A DNA stretch of 64,000 bases from Phoronis australis (GCA_002633005.1 NMRA01000196.1:661047-725046), one strand, 5' to 3'; positions 39,484 to 52,823 are shown, numbered from the stretch's first letter. Numbers and translations: made by a program. The notes: generated by a model not told the origin, from the sequence alone.

Positions 39484-39511
39484 TCCAACATTCTTTCAAT
39501 CAATTTCGCCA

Positions 39512-40228
39512 AGTGTCCCTCGTAATTTTACAATCACAATTTAACGCTCGTGATTTTAGGCTCGTATTATTGCACATACATGTAATGTGAAGTGTTCAGA
39601 GGATAAATCTCAGGTGCAATGTGTATAAGTGCAAAAGATGGCGGCAACTGACTGATGTCTTTTTATTTGCTGCCCTAGCCATCCCAGGCATATTAAAATG
39701 GTTCGTTTTCGTACATAAGATGCCAAAATGTATATCCATCAGGTTTTCTGGCAGCATTATCCTTTTTATTTGATGGAATTTTCATGTTTTTTTCAATCTT
39801 CAGACTAAGTGTCATTGTCTTACTCTTTGCAGTGCGTGCAGATTTTACTTGGAATTGCGAAACAAAATAGGTTCAAAAAGGTTCTCAGGAGTAAAGTCAA
39901 AGTAAACTATCCATTCTTTATTCAAGATATTGAATAACAAACCATTTGTCCCACAAAACAATATCAACCGAGCGCATGTATTTATTGAATGGCTGGTGGT
40001 CACGTGTTCTGATATGACTTAAATTTAACGTGTTGCTCAAATTACTAGCATGTAACTACGAGCGTAGAATTACGAGAAAAATAGATCGTGAACTTACGAG
40101 CAAACAACTTCTTCAGAACTCACGTGAGCTACATGTGCATATCAATTTCTCAGTGCATATAACAATTACGGTCGTAAAACACGAGCAAACTTTCGGTCGT
40201 AATAAGGAGCGTAATTACGGGTGACACT
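39512..40228. mobile_element. MITE-like TIR element; paralog at 63231-63941
   Basis: agtgtccctcgtaatt ... aattacgggtgacact inverted termini with repeated gctcgt / acgagc subterminal motifs in opposite orientation. Confidence 0.6.
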
Positions 40229-41340
40229 TTCCCCTGAATGGTCCGAGATCAAATTCTTTTTACGTACGTGATTTCAAAACGTATCTGCGCGAATGTCCCG
40301 ATTAATCGTATACAAATTGCCTGCTGTATTCGAGAAATCGGAGTGTGCATGTTACAAGAGTTTCAACTCGAAATCTCTAGCTTAACAGCCGCATAGGGCT
40401 GAATAGATTCGCCAGATTTTGACCCGATTTCCGCGATCTAGACCTAATCAGAAGTAATATGACCTTATGTCACAGTCTCCGCACTTCGATCATCTTATAT
40501 GACGCCAACACTAAGTTGCATGACTAATTGGCTTGTGGACATCTTCACAACGTCAAGGTGATCTAAGCTGAGTTTACTCCGGAATTCGTTTTTGCAGCAG
40601 CTTTAACTATATGTAGAACCTTTAATTAACAAGTCAAATATCTACAAAACTATAGATTTTGGCTTGTGACAGTACAGTACACATTTTCTGAAAGTAGAAA
40701 TTCTCTGGATAATTTCATTATGACATTTGAACACTATGCCATTGATTTGATCACTTGAGTAAAATTCAGCAACAAGTTACAGTGAAATCAAAACAGTAGT
40801 GTCAACATCATATCTCAAAAACGCTGTTACAATTTTCTAAAAACATGACGTTTTTCTTTCACGCCATTTCAGAATTTTTGAACAAAATCAAAAAATCCTA
40901 TAAATAGTTGCGCACCCATCAAAAATTGAATTGTTTAGAAGCAACATTTTGGAGACAAATTCATAACACATGGTACCTGAAAGTTTCATACGTGTGCGTT
41001 GATGCTCCGAAGTTAGTCAAACGAGGATAATTTTCCAGGATCCAACATAATATCGTGTACGATTTTGGTTGTTATTTTTTCCGTTACTAGAAACTTAACA
41101 GAGAAATTAGATTATAATGGAAAATAAAACGATTCCAAATTCGCATTTTCTATGCTTGAGCTGCAGAAGTCACCAAAGTAAATAACCAAGCCGGGCTCGA
41201 TACGTCGGCACACGGGTTTTCAGATAAACATACACGCCTGGGTGTTATATAAATTACGAAATTATGGGAATGCGGACAATAAATATTATTACAGAATAAC
41301 AAAAATAAAGTTACCTGTACTTTTTGTTTTGTCAGGGAAA

Positions 41341-41401
41341 CCAATGCTAATAAAAGGCGGCCGTTACACGAGATGAGCATTGACTTGACCGAAAAGGAAA
41401 G
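41341..41401 (+). promoter_or_regulatory. Putative core promoter and short non-coding first exon of copy C
   Basis: CCAAT at 41341, TATA-like taataaaag at 41348 and a perfect AAG|GTAAGT donor at 41401/41402. The ATG exon starts at an acceptor (ctctttacag|42621), so an upstream UTR exon is required. Confidence 0.55.
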
Positions 41402-42629
41402 GTAAGTGTTTTGAGACAGACGATGACTATCGGAGAGACGGTGAATTGGAATCGTTTACAGTATCACTAGATTTACGTTAACATCCACGCCAAATCCAGA
41501 TTTTAAGTGGGTTTCATAGCGAACTTCGTTAAAAATTAATTGACCTGCTTTACCCTTAATTAGGAAGCGTTTGCTACAGTACGAATAGATCATTCAATGC
41601 TCTATAATTTGAGTTTGCTTTCACAAATTTGAAAAGTCGTCAATGAATCTGCAAGACGATCTGGCCACCCCTAAACACACGATCCAATATGCAACACAAT
41701 AAGCACGATTTCATTGCGAAAATTGTTTCTATCTCACAGGCAAAGCGACGAGTATGCAGGTGAAAAAGAGATTTAAAGAGTTGATATCTGGGCACGAGAT
41801 CTAATCTCTTTTATTTATACTTGAACTTGAAATTATTTTTGACATTTTCTGTGCGAAGTTAAGTTAAATCTGAATTATGCTCGAGTATAAATGCCTTGCG
41901 TGGACAACTTTCTCAGTTTGCACTTGATGACATCAGCATCAAGACAAAAATTTTTAATCTTAACACGAAATTTTGAGTTTTTAGGTGAAATGAGAGCACG
42001 AATAAACGAGCCAACTCGGGTTAGGAACACGTCTGCATTAACTGTAATGTATTTGAGCACAGAGCTGGACACTCATCCTGAGTTCGCACAAAACAGAACA
42101 CAAAATGACAAATATCTTCTCAAGTTTGATTTCAAGTATAACCTCTTTCGCAAATTTTAAATTTCAGTTTAGACCAGCATTGTGATATTGGATATGATTT
42201 CGGGGGTTTCAAAAAAACTAGCTGACAGAGTGTGTTAAACTTGAGAACAGGCTATAATACAGTGTGTCTCTTCACGCCGTGTCATTTTATGCGCCGAAGG
42301 CAAGTTGAGGCAAGGCATTTAAATATCTTTCTATCTCAACGAATAACGAACTGCCAGCTCTTTGCAAATTCAGAAATCACTTCTCATTTGAGTAAGGAAC
42401 AATCTGAAACCAGTTATACAGCGGTAGGCCTAAATGGTTTAAATCAAACCTTGACCTTTCTGACCGAAGGCGGACAGAAATCCCCATAATGACAGGATTG
42501 ATTCAAATAATGCCCCCTTAATACTGTGTGCTTTGAAACGGATTACGTTAGTTTCATGGCGTCCCCCATGGTGCACTGAAACTGTCAAAACGCATTTGTT
42601 CAATGAATGTCTCTTTACAGGTTACGAAA

Positions 42630-42775
42630 ATGAAATTCCTGCTGACATTCTTCGCAGTGGCCCTGGCAGCCTCCCACGCTACCCCTTTAGCAACGGTGCT
42701 TAAAGACAAGGCAGGGAAGATATTTGGAGCACGCGAAAACGCAGACACGATATATAATGCGACAGCAGAGATCTC
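42630..42775 (+). CDS. Copy C coding exon 1: signal peptide (MKFLLTFFAVALAASHA-TPLATVLKDKAGKIFGARENADTIYNATAEI)
   Basis: Acceptor at 42620, AAAATG start context, hydrophobic core with S-H-A cleavage motif, donor gtaagt, phase 2; contains an N-A-T sequon. Confidence 0.85.
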
Positions 42776-43807
42776 GTAAGTCTTCCTTTGCTGATTTCTA
42801 TCGGGTTTAAAGATAGAGGAGTATGTTACAGGGGTCACGGTCCGCACTACATGAACGTCCCTAAAGATGGAGTCCACGAAAAAATCCAGAATTCATCAAA
42901 ATAGCCGTCAGAGGGCTCTACACTGTTTAACCGCTCGCTTCTTGAGGGATGACGTGTCATGGCAGTAGATGACGCAATTTGGACAAATGACGTCATGCTA
43001 CTACACATTCATATAGCTGTCAAAAGGCTGTACACAGTTTATTGGAGATAAGGCAATAAATTTTGTGAATTTGTTTTACACGGTGATGTGATAATAATCA
43101 CATGGGTAAACTTACCGAAAATCTAAAACACTTTTTATGCAAAACATTATTTTCATTGAGCAGGACCAAAAACACTATCCGAAAACAGAACTTTCTCTTC
43201 ATATTAGACTGGAATATGCACATTTCCCATTGCTCGTGTCAGTGGCTAGATGCCGATTTGTGCCACTGAATGAATGTTTGTTCAAAATAAAGTTTGATTG
43301 GGAGATTATTTCTTCGTGTTGGTAAGAGTTAAGACATGAACGGCAGCCTAAGGTGCCCGCTATAGGCAAAAGGTAGTTATGGCAACATGGCCTTGATGAT
43401 TTAACCAGTTTCAGGAGGTATTCGCCGAGAAGCCTGTGCGTATGAAGGGCCTAACGAATGGCCACCGTCCTTACTGGGGCCAGCTGAGACCGTGGCACGG
43501 TCTAAGTTCGTGATTGCCCAAGCATTAAGACTATAAATTCAGGTCTAAAGTCGAAAGTTTGTGTTCCTATCAGAAATCTCGAGTTTCAATATAGGGGCCA
43601 GGTTGTGCAAACTAGGACAAGAAACCAAAATGCATGAACCATAATGTACTCGAACACACACTTATCTTGAGATAGCACAAGAGTAGACAAGAAAATGCTA
43701 GAAACAATTTCGAGCTCAAAATGTAGACCTCGACCTCCGGTCAAACTTGCTTTAATTCATTCAAAAAAAATTGTTCTCACCACACACTATATATGTTTTC
43801 CTTTCAG

Positions 43808-43841
43808 GAATATGTTGTGCAGCAGGAAGTGCTCGCTGTGG
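43808..43841 (+). CDS. Copy C coding exon 2 (34 nt; SNMLCSRKCSLW)
   Basis: gttttcctttcag acceptor and G|GTAAGT donor; bridges phase 2 to phase 0 exactly as the flanking exons require. Confidence 0.7.
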
Positions 43842-43991
43842 GTAAGTCGATCACTTTCTTATTTTTCGTTTACTCCACCACTATGGTGACATGATAGTTA
43901 ATGGTGTTTTTCCATTCATTATTAAAGGATATGTCATACAAAAAAGCACTGTTCCATTTCCCAATGGCTGTCCCACTACTGTGAGTTAGTG

Positions 43992-45687
43992 TTATCACTC
44001 TGCGAGTGCAAGCGCAGAGTACTGTTGTTCCTGGGTTTTCTTCAATTTTATTTTTATTCTTATTCTTATTCTGTTTCTTCTTATTCTTCTTCCGAACAAC
44101 TTTGAGGCTTAATAACTCCAAATTGGGTGTAGTTACACTCTTTTAATTCAGCATATCATTTTGGCAGTACATAAATTTTGTTTCGTTATATAATCATATT
44201 CCATATTGCACCGGAAGAGGTCATTTGGTGCAAAGGTCATATAATTTTCAAAATGCTACTACTTCTTTATTTTAAAAGCTATTCTTTTCAAATTCGGTAC
44301 ACAGGAATAAGTCAATAAGGTAATTTAAAAAATACTTTCCTAAGTACTCGGGTCATCCAATCAGGTTAAATAGGTCAAAGGTCACTAGGTGCAAAGTCAA
44401 TTTTTGAGCTAGACACTTCAAATTCACAGGTCTGATTGGCACAGGTAATTCAATTAAGAACCTAAAGTTTCAGGTCATTTAGTGCAACCATGGGGTCATT
44501 AGGTGCATTTTTCTTCTGAAAATTTGTCCTTTTCATTCACCAAGTAGTCTGATGTGTGAACCGTTAGACAACCGTGATTCTCAGCATTAAATATACTTTT
44601 CACGGACTTTGCAATAGTTCTACTAAAAGGGATTGTTATGCACTAGATAGGGTCAATTAGTGAAAAGGTCTTCTACTTTTGAAAATTTTATTTCTTCTAC
44701 ATTTTTCAAGAAATTCTTTTCAATTCCAACACATTGGTGTAAACGTACATGCCAGTGAAATACCCTACTTTACTAAGCAATAGGGTCATCCAATCAGAGA
44801 AAATAGGACAAAGGTCATTGAGTGCAAACTAAAATTTTGAGCTAGACACTTCAAATTCACAAGTCTGATTTTTACGTATAATTCAACTTGAAATACGAAG
44901 TTTGAGGTCATTTGGTGCAACCATGGGGTCATTAGGTGCATTTTTTCTTCTGAAATTTGTCCTTTTCATTCACCAAGTATTCTGATGTGTCAACTGTTAA
45001 ACAATTGTGATTCTCAGCATTAAACACACTTTTCACGGCCTTTGCAATGATTCTCCTAAAGACGTTTATAATGCACCGGATAGGGTCAATTAGTGCAAAG
45101 GTCATCTAACGTTCAAAATGCTATATCCCCTACATTTTTGAAGGAATTCTTTTCAAGTTCAGCACACTGGTGTAAGTCACCACGCCAATCGAACGTCCTA
45201 CTTTACTATGCAATAGGCCTAACCAATCAGAAAAATAGGTCGAAAGTCTTTGAGTGAAAACTAAAATTTTGAGCTAGAGACTTCAAAATTACATATCTGT
45301 TTAGTAAATGTGATTGAGTTTGAATTCTAAATTATCAGGTCATTTGGTGCACCCATGTGGTCATTAGTTGCATTTTTCTTCTGAAAGTTTGACCAATTCA
45401 TTCATGCTGTATTCTAAAGTGCTTAAAGTAAAACACATGTGATTCTTAGCCTTAACCACACCTTTAACCGAGTTTACAATTATTCCATCATCTGGGCTCA
45501 CAATGCGCCGAAAGAGAAAAATTAGTGGAAAGGTCATAAAAATGTTAACATGTTATTTTTCCTGCAATTTTAAAGAATTAATTTTCAAATTGGTTAACGG
45601 GTTGCTGTCAGTAACTTCCCATAACAATTCGTATAATACACACGCGCAGAGTCCATTATTGTCACGCCGTGACAATAATTTTTCTAG
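43992..45687 (+). mobile_element. Non-autonomous Helentron-type (HINE/DINE-1-like) element with an internal tandem array
   Basis: 5' actctgcg..cgcagagt hairpin, (TTA/TTC)n tract, about three ~430-bp AGGTCA-rich units, 3' cgcagagt subTIR, 11-bp stem-loop attattgtcac-gcc-gtgacaataat, ttttctag end. Confidence 0.8.
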
Positions 45688-46492
45688 TTGCATTATTGCA
45701 CTTATATAACGCGGCTTTCCGAAAATAACCAGCTGAATCAGGCTACCCAGAAATAAAAAACTGGCTCGTGATTTCGACAAAACTTTTCAAATCCTTAAAG
45801 AACACACGATATTTCGGACTTTTTAGGTTTGAAAAAATGTGGATGGTAGAAGAAAGACGAACGCGGTAAAAACTTGATTACGAGTTTACTATAATTTTGG
45901 ACTATAACAAACGAATGCTTTATTCAGACAAAAACGATTTGATGCTGTTGAGAAAAAGGGAAGTATCTTTCAACGCATCAAATGTCTCACGTGAAGACCG
46001 TTCTCAAGAACCTACATGTATACATAATATATTGCTTCAAAGCTGACTGGCCGTTTCATATTTGGTAGCCGTAGTCTGAAAGTTGAATATGTGCTTGCCA
46101 AGAGAGTTTCCAGGCTTAGTTAAAAAAGAAAACTTGGTTGGGAATTACCTCTTCTAGTAACTACACACTTAGATGCTGCGTACGGTTCAGAAGAAAGAAG
46201 AGTATTTTTTAAGTAATTTCATGGATTATGTACGAATTCTAAGCTGGTCTTAGTCTACGATGGAGAGAACTACCCGTCAGTTTGGTTGGTATCGCTGATG
46301 ATGAAAAATGGTCATCATTCATAACGTCACTCATGGAAAACATCATTTGGTCATTTATCATTACTCAGAGCTAAGAATTCACAAAAATTAGGCCTGTCGC
46401 GACTTATGATGAAACTTTCATGTTACATGGTAAAAGCTGAAACTGTCATAATAATTGAGTACAATAAGCAGCTCGTTATTTTCCTTCGACAG

Positions 46493-46603
46493 AGAGCATT
46501 GGTGAAAGTGAACTTTGGCATGACCGATACAAACAAGGATGGGGTCACTACACTGCAGGAAGCGCTAGCGGCGAGCGAACCCCACGTGGCGAAGAACGTA
46601 ACG
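46493..46603 (+). CDS. Copy C coding exon 3 (RALVKVNFGMTDTNKDGVTTLQEALAASEPHVAKNVT)
   Basis: ttttccttcgacag acceptor, gtgagt donor, 111 nt, phase 0-0; EF-hand loop DTNKDGVTTLQE; N-V-T sequon. Confidence 0.85.
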
Positions 46604-49600
46604 GTGAGTGTTAACTAAATTACCTTAGCATCTCTTCCTTTATCTTTGACGTTACGTACAAAGACGTTAGCCTCTATAACACGAACGACATTGTCGCCCG
46701 AACAGTTGCGTGACACGTCGGACGACTTCGAAATTGCTCACGTGCATGACTACCCTTGACGTAAGATATGTTGGAGGTGTCGACAGGCACGTTAAGGAGA
46801 AGTCGAGCATGTTCGGCTAAGTTCATCATTCTGGTCGACACTAAGCCAACATGAGAATGATTGCGTTTATATACCAATTAAAATTAACATTTGCGCTACC
46901 AATGTTTCTCAATCCCGCAGTTCCATTTACTCTTGTTACGGAGATGATGAAAACAAAAATAGTCCAGTGATTGTATGAGCTGTTTAATACAATGTGGCCC
47001 AGTTACGGTCCGTGAACACAGATGTAAACAGTCAAATTGATCTGATACAAAACTGTGGGCATTCAGCACCTCAAAACGAAACAACACAGCGTAAGCCCAG
47101 AGTAACACATAGCATATGAAAAACAGAATAAATTAAATTACTTGACTTAAGGTAAATACAACTCTCAAGGTCATAAAATTTACCGAAGTGGCTTCAAATG
47201 ATGCTTGAATTCCGAAACATCTTACGAGGACTGCTGACTAATAACTCACAAATACCATCTGTCAACGCAACAAAGTTACATGTACCAACAACACACTCAT
47301 ATTTAGCAGCTCAGTCACAATGATATACTTAAATTTAAGGTGTAAAGAACTTACTTATCATATTTCCGTAACAGCACGGCACGTCTGTCCCACTGGTGTC
47401 CTCACCTTCTGATCGTCCCCAATACACTAGTAAGCATACACACAAACACACCCACACTCACTCACTCACACGCACACATATATGTGTATGTATATGTATA
47501 TGTGTATAAATATATAGTGCAGTGGGGACCATCAGAAGCTGAGGACGCTTGAGGTCTGTCCGTGTAAACGATGCGTGCAAAATGCCCTAATCAAAGACGT
47601 TAACAAATATATCGCTCGACTAGGCAATATCTTGCAAAAATATCTTGCAAAAATGTGTACGGGAAATTTATGGCACCGACACGTGTAATAATTGTGAACA
47701 AGTAGGCCAACAAACCTTACCATTACACATGTAAGATTCATCCACAATTTTGTTGTGGTGTGCATTGCTGCCTAGTTGCTTGACGCTTTTGATTCAATAC
47801 AGTGACAAAATGAACACTTGTTTACCAGAGCAACAGCAAATTCGGCGAAAAACGAATGTTGTCCAATATTTCGATCGACTGTGTTACAACAAACTCCCGC
47901 ATCCAGATTGTTTTACCTAGATGGTTTTGGCGCGAACACAGATGTAATTCATTGACCTTCCTGTCTCTCGCGTTAATGCAATAGCGTTAAACCAAATTAT
48001 CGGCTGAGGTGTCGCGTATCTCTTTTGACCAGCTACATTTTCGCCTATTTTTAATTGGGCTTTAAAAACCCCGCTTCAATTTTAGGGTAAAATTATCGTT
48101 CGTCTGAAATGGGATTGTGATGAGCAAATCAGTAACTGCTCACTTGGCATGTGATATGTAAGATGTCAAATCGGTAAAAGTACCAAGTAAATTAGATCCC
48201 CCTGTACGTTTCATATATTCAAAGTTTCTGACGACCGACATAAATATCCCATGTTCCCTTGCTGTTTTAATTTCCGGAGACAAATAACTGAAAATGCCAG
48301 CCGATCTAACACACGTCAAATTTGCAGTGTCTAGTTTTCCCAAAACGCTTTTGCGGATGTTCATCACACTGTTCAACAATACAAACTAGCTACTGGGGAT
48401 TTCCTTCTGTCACACTTTCGGAAACGGGGATTTTTCAGCGCTATTTTGCATCTGCCTGAAAAAGCCCAACTGGAGCTCTTTTGAAAAAAGTTGGAGCTCT
48501 ATCGCAAACATGAGTTGCGCCTTCCTTAAGAAACAAGGTTTAACGTTTACTGAGGTCGTGCGCAGGATGGTGTTGTTTATGGACTTCTATTCTGCTTAAT
48601 CGCAAGATTGCGCATGCGTTAATTTGTAATTGAACATTCGTTAAACTAATAGAGTGGATTTTTTGTTTGTTGTAAAGAATTTTTGTAATTATTGGCCCTA
48701 CGATCTCCCACTTTCTCCTTTTCCGGATTTTTGTCACTGAATAGCGGAAATCTTGATATTTAGCGGAATGCCAATTAAGAACACGCAAAGAAATTGCACG
48801 TGAGATTGAAACATTTAAGTCAGTGCTATTTCCGTCAGAGGTGGTGATTTGTTTCTAATTACGTGTAAACTTTTCTTGGGTCATAAATGATAAAATGAAA
48901 ACAAAATATTGTTTTGAAGTCAAGCATACATATTGTAACATGCACTAATTTAAGATACTGAGGCACTTTTCAAAAAAAATGTCTTTGTCCTGGAGCTCGC
49001 TGTCACATCATTTCCGCTATCTTATTCGTCGGTTTACTTGTTGATCACAAACTGAACATCTTTTTGCTAGTGTGTCGTGCTGCTTGCCCTTACTGCAGCA
49101 GGGAATGAAACATCGGTTATGGGTTTTTAAACCCAAAGTGCTTAAAACCATCATTTACCTTGTTTTTACAAGTGATTACATTGTCAACATCATTAAACAC
49201 ACCGTGATAACACTGTTTAACACAATCGTGAATTCAGTATCCAAAAAACGAAAAAAATGGAAGAAAGTAGGATTCAAATGAAAGTTTCTCAGATCCACGG
49301 ACATGAGTGTGACGCGTAAACGTACCCAGCGCCAGTTTGTCATGTCTACCAACACGCCAGTTTCTTTTACAAACGAGTGGCATATCTGCGCTTCTGAGCG
49401 ATGCCACGTGGAAAAGTTAAAAGGTCCACTGCATGGTCTCAAACACTAATTTGTCACAACCACCACTAATACATCTACTTGCCATTCCTTATTATATCGT
49501 AAACCAAGGGAAAACGAGCAGCAATATCTGGCGACTTTCCACACTAAGTACAATGGAGGATGGCTGGTGCTGTGATTGGCTGTCCCGATTTTACGTAGTA

Positions 49601-50149
49601 TGTATCGACCAATAAATGTTCAGAACTCGATATCAGCTATTTAACATATCATCAGATAGTGTTTGTGGGTGTTACAATTTGATATATGATCGACTGCTGG
49701 GGTTGCTTTGTGGTGTTTGCTATATGAAATCGGTGATTTTAAGAACCAAAAAATGCGGACCAGATTTCATTTTATTGCCAGATTGACCATTGTAAGTGTA
49801 GTTCGGATACGTGTCTGTTGACAAGATATCAATAAATTTGAATTATTTTAGCAGCCCTTTAAAAGGGTCAACTTGGCGAGATGTTAAAGTTCGCGGAATC
49901 TTTTTTACGCTTAGCGATCAGGTATAGACACCGGCCTTGACGTCAGCCAATTACAGTCATACAGTGGCGAGTCTTGGCGATTTCTAATAAAATTTGTTGG
50001 TTTTTAGCTCCTGTCAAATCTAATAACTTCTTGAGGTTTTTCCAATAATCCCCCCTTCCGAGGGTTTTAACTTGATGGGGACTCCTAAGGAAATCTCCGG
50101 TAGAAATGTCCAACTTCTTTCAGATGATGCAAGTGTTTTCTTATTTTAG

Positions 50150-50247
50150 GATGCTTTTAATTATGCTGACAAGAATAAAGACGGAAACGTTGATTTTCGG
50201 GAACTTCTTGACGTCCAGCGTGCATATCTACGTGCTACGGGCGATCT
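50150..50247 (+). CDS. Copy C coding exon 4 (DAFNYADKNKDGNVDFRELLDVQRAYLRATGD)
   Basis: ttcttattttag acceptor, gtaagt donor, phase 0 to 2; canonical EF-hand loop DKNKDGNVDFRE. Confidence 0.9.
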
Positions 50248-50805
50248 GTAAGTATAGTTTGTTCGCCTGGATCTACTTTGGAGGTCACATCACTTCTACA
50301 CTGTATTCGGCGTTTGCATAAATTATGAGTGTAAATTGCCTGCATAGCAACGGTACACGTCAAAGTTAATTGTAACACATCATGCGAGGTATGTAAACGT
50401 GATGAATAATGGTAACCATATCTGTCAACAGGCTTAAACGATTCCCGAAACACTTAGAATGTGGGCAAAGTAAAAACAAGTCCTCTTTTGCAACAGAATA
50501 CCCGAGAATTTTGTTCTTAATATTTGTTTTGAGCATCACCTTGCAAAAACAATGCATAAATTTCTAAAACGTACTGAGGAGTAGTTCCGACCGATATTGG
50601 CTTAATTTCGTCCACGAATGCGCGAGAGACCTCATGCATGGTGTTCTGATCCAATTTGTTATGAGTATAAATACTTTAGCCAAAGCGGAAAAAAGCTTAG
50701 CACACAAATTTTCTATTTTAGAATTAAATTTTCTGCAGGACAAAAATGTACCCAAAACCAAAATTATAGCGCCAGAGCATATAATTTCACGTTTGGACCA
50801 AATCT

Positions 50806-51653
50806 TTTTTTAGTGATACATATTTATTGAAGAATACACAGAACATACAAAGAAATAATGACAAACCCAGAAATCGCAAAGCATTATATCTGGGTAGTAT
50901 ACGATTCATAAATGAAACTAATATACATAGAGGTATATACATTTAAGTAGTATCTAATATAAGTGTTACAATATTTAGAATATTACGAATATATAAAGAC
51001 AAAAACATGTACAGATTGGTGTATGGAAATCAGAAGCAACAATGTTTATAAACGGTACATAAAAATTTGCTAACGTTGCTTAGAAGGAATTAATTGAGAA
51101 CAAGGTCAATAATAATGTAATTTTAGTAGGGAAATTATTACAGAAACTGAGAGCTTCAAAAATTGATTGGTTTTAATTGAGTGAGTCTCTCAGTATTCAA
51201 TGAGGGGACATTTGAAGAAAACATGAGGATAAGATTGATGGTCACCACATTTACAGTTTGGAGAAACATTACTAAAGCTATGTCTAAACTTGTCGGAGCT
51301 GAGGAATAGACCGCATCTTCATCTATATAATGCCATTTCGATATCGCGGGAAGGGAGAAGTGAGTCAATGGTGCTGAGTTATCAAAATTATGAAAAACAG
51401 TTCTAAAATTATTTTTTATACTCGTAAAAGAGTTTCTTTAATTAACAGAGACTGGAAGAGAATTCCAGTTGTTGATGCACATCATAACTGTAGACCTTCT
51501 GAATGCCTGACTGAGCGACGGAGGAATTGCAACCAAACCAGTACGATGGCCTTGTCTTGTATATAGATCAAATGTTTTTGACAGAGGTGTTGTTGACATT
51601 GTTTATTACTTTGACAGTAAACGCGGTCGTGTGAAGTTTGTGTCGAGAAGACA
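50806..51653 (-). mobile_element. 5'-truncated CR1/L2-group LINE 3' fragment with a 15-bp target-site duplication
   Basis: TSD gtttggaccaaatct at 50791-50805 and 51654-51668; oligo-T at the left end; minus-strand NNWNSLP and CKCGDHQSYPHVFFKCP; empty sites at ~1217 and ~18507. Confidence 0.82.
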
Positions 51654-52612
51654 GTTTGGACCAAATCTCAACACGACAGGACCGAAAAATCATCAAGCCA
51701 GGACAAAAAATTGATCGCACAAGGAGAAAAATTTCTTGCCACGTTAAAATTTCATGGCAGGAGAAAATTTCTTGCCTGGAGAAAATTTTATGCCAGGAGA
51801 TCACGTGACAATAGCAATCTGTTGTGTCTGTAATACTCAGCCGTATCCAAGTTTAGTCTGTCTAAGTGTACACTGTTGTAAAACGTAGAAGAAACGACAA
51901 AAATTCAACTTCATTGATAATGTGACGTCGGCGAAACATTGTGTTCTTATCGCGCCATCTCTTTGAGGGATCACGTGCTTGTAGAAGGCACGTGGTATCT
52001 TGGTATGAAATTTGCGTGGCGTGAAATTTTCTGACGTGTGAAACGTCGTCAGCCGGTTCGATCACCAAACTTTCGCAAAATAGTTTAAAGTAACACAATT
52101 GTAGCAGTGTAAATAACGCTCAACATACAACTAGGTCCCATCTGCAACAGGACTGTTAATTATAAGACAGTTCTGTCTCAGTTCATTTGCTAAATATGTT
52201 ATCGTCTGCAATTCAGGCACCGATTCGTTGATAACTACAATATCAAATATTGTTGTTATCTAACTATTTTTCAGGGGATGTTACAAGTTCAAAGAAAAGT
52301 TACCCTTGTTTTCATCTTTTTCATCTCTTTTCAAGTAATAAATAGTCATATTCAAAACTGTTTCTTTTACTAGAGGAAACTTGCAGCCAAACGCGCAATT
52401 ACACACATGTAGGATGTGATCCGCCTCGTGAGCACTCTGAGTGAAGTATTTAAAAAATGTGAGGAAAAAGTGAATGAATTCGAAGTGTACATGTATGCGT
52501 CGATACCCGTAATAATGTCTCGTGGGATATTACTTCACGTACGCCACTCTTGATACGTTTTGTGTACATATCGAATTCTTACATGGACTTTTCAATATTC
52601 CCGCTTTTTCAG

Positions 52613-52823
52613 GGGATTTCCGGTTTTCAAGATCCTGTACGACGTGGACATAGACAGGAATGGCATAATCAACCCAATGGAAATGAAGCTGTTCGACGCA
52701 ATTATCGAAGGAGTTATCAAACACCTCAAGTTTTCAGTCGACATCAAAGACGCCGCCAAAATTGTGGCTCGTCGGCTAGGGTTGATTGACTACCACAAAT
52801 ATGGAGAACATGATGACATGTAA
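52613..52823 (+). CDS. Copy C terminal coding exon (GFPVFKILYDVDIDRNGIINPME...KYGEHDDM*)
   Basis: cccgctttttcag acceptor, phase matches exon 4; EF-hand loop DIDRNGIINPME; TAA stop. Confidence 0.9.

Larger units (their letters stand above)
33240..40285 (+). repeat. Intergenic segment of the tandem segmental duplication (homologous to ~8316-17830 and ~54340-64000)
   Basis: Collinear blocks, e.g. 35200-35409 = 55849-56058 = 59326-59535; 36536 = 60690; 38392 = 62511; 40230-40285 = 63940-64000. Confidence 0.92.

Noticed and set aside
39302-39544. Poly-serine ORF (also 63066..63263)
   Set aside because: It is the translation of a (TCA)n microsatellite whose length varies between copies; no splice or domain support.
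42554-42877. 107-aa minus-strand ORF
   Set aside because: Antisense shadow of the signal-peptide exon on the plus strand.
42630-52823. Calling the three-EF-hand protein a photoprotein, sarcoplasmic calcium-binding protein or calumenin/reticulocalbin ortholog
   Set aside because: It has a signal peptide and three consecutive loops rather than the I/III/IV pattern of aequorin and SCP, and far fewer EF-hands than CREC proteins; no gene symbol is justified without a search.
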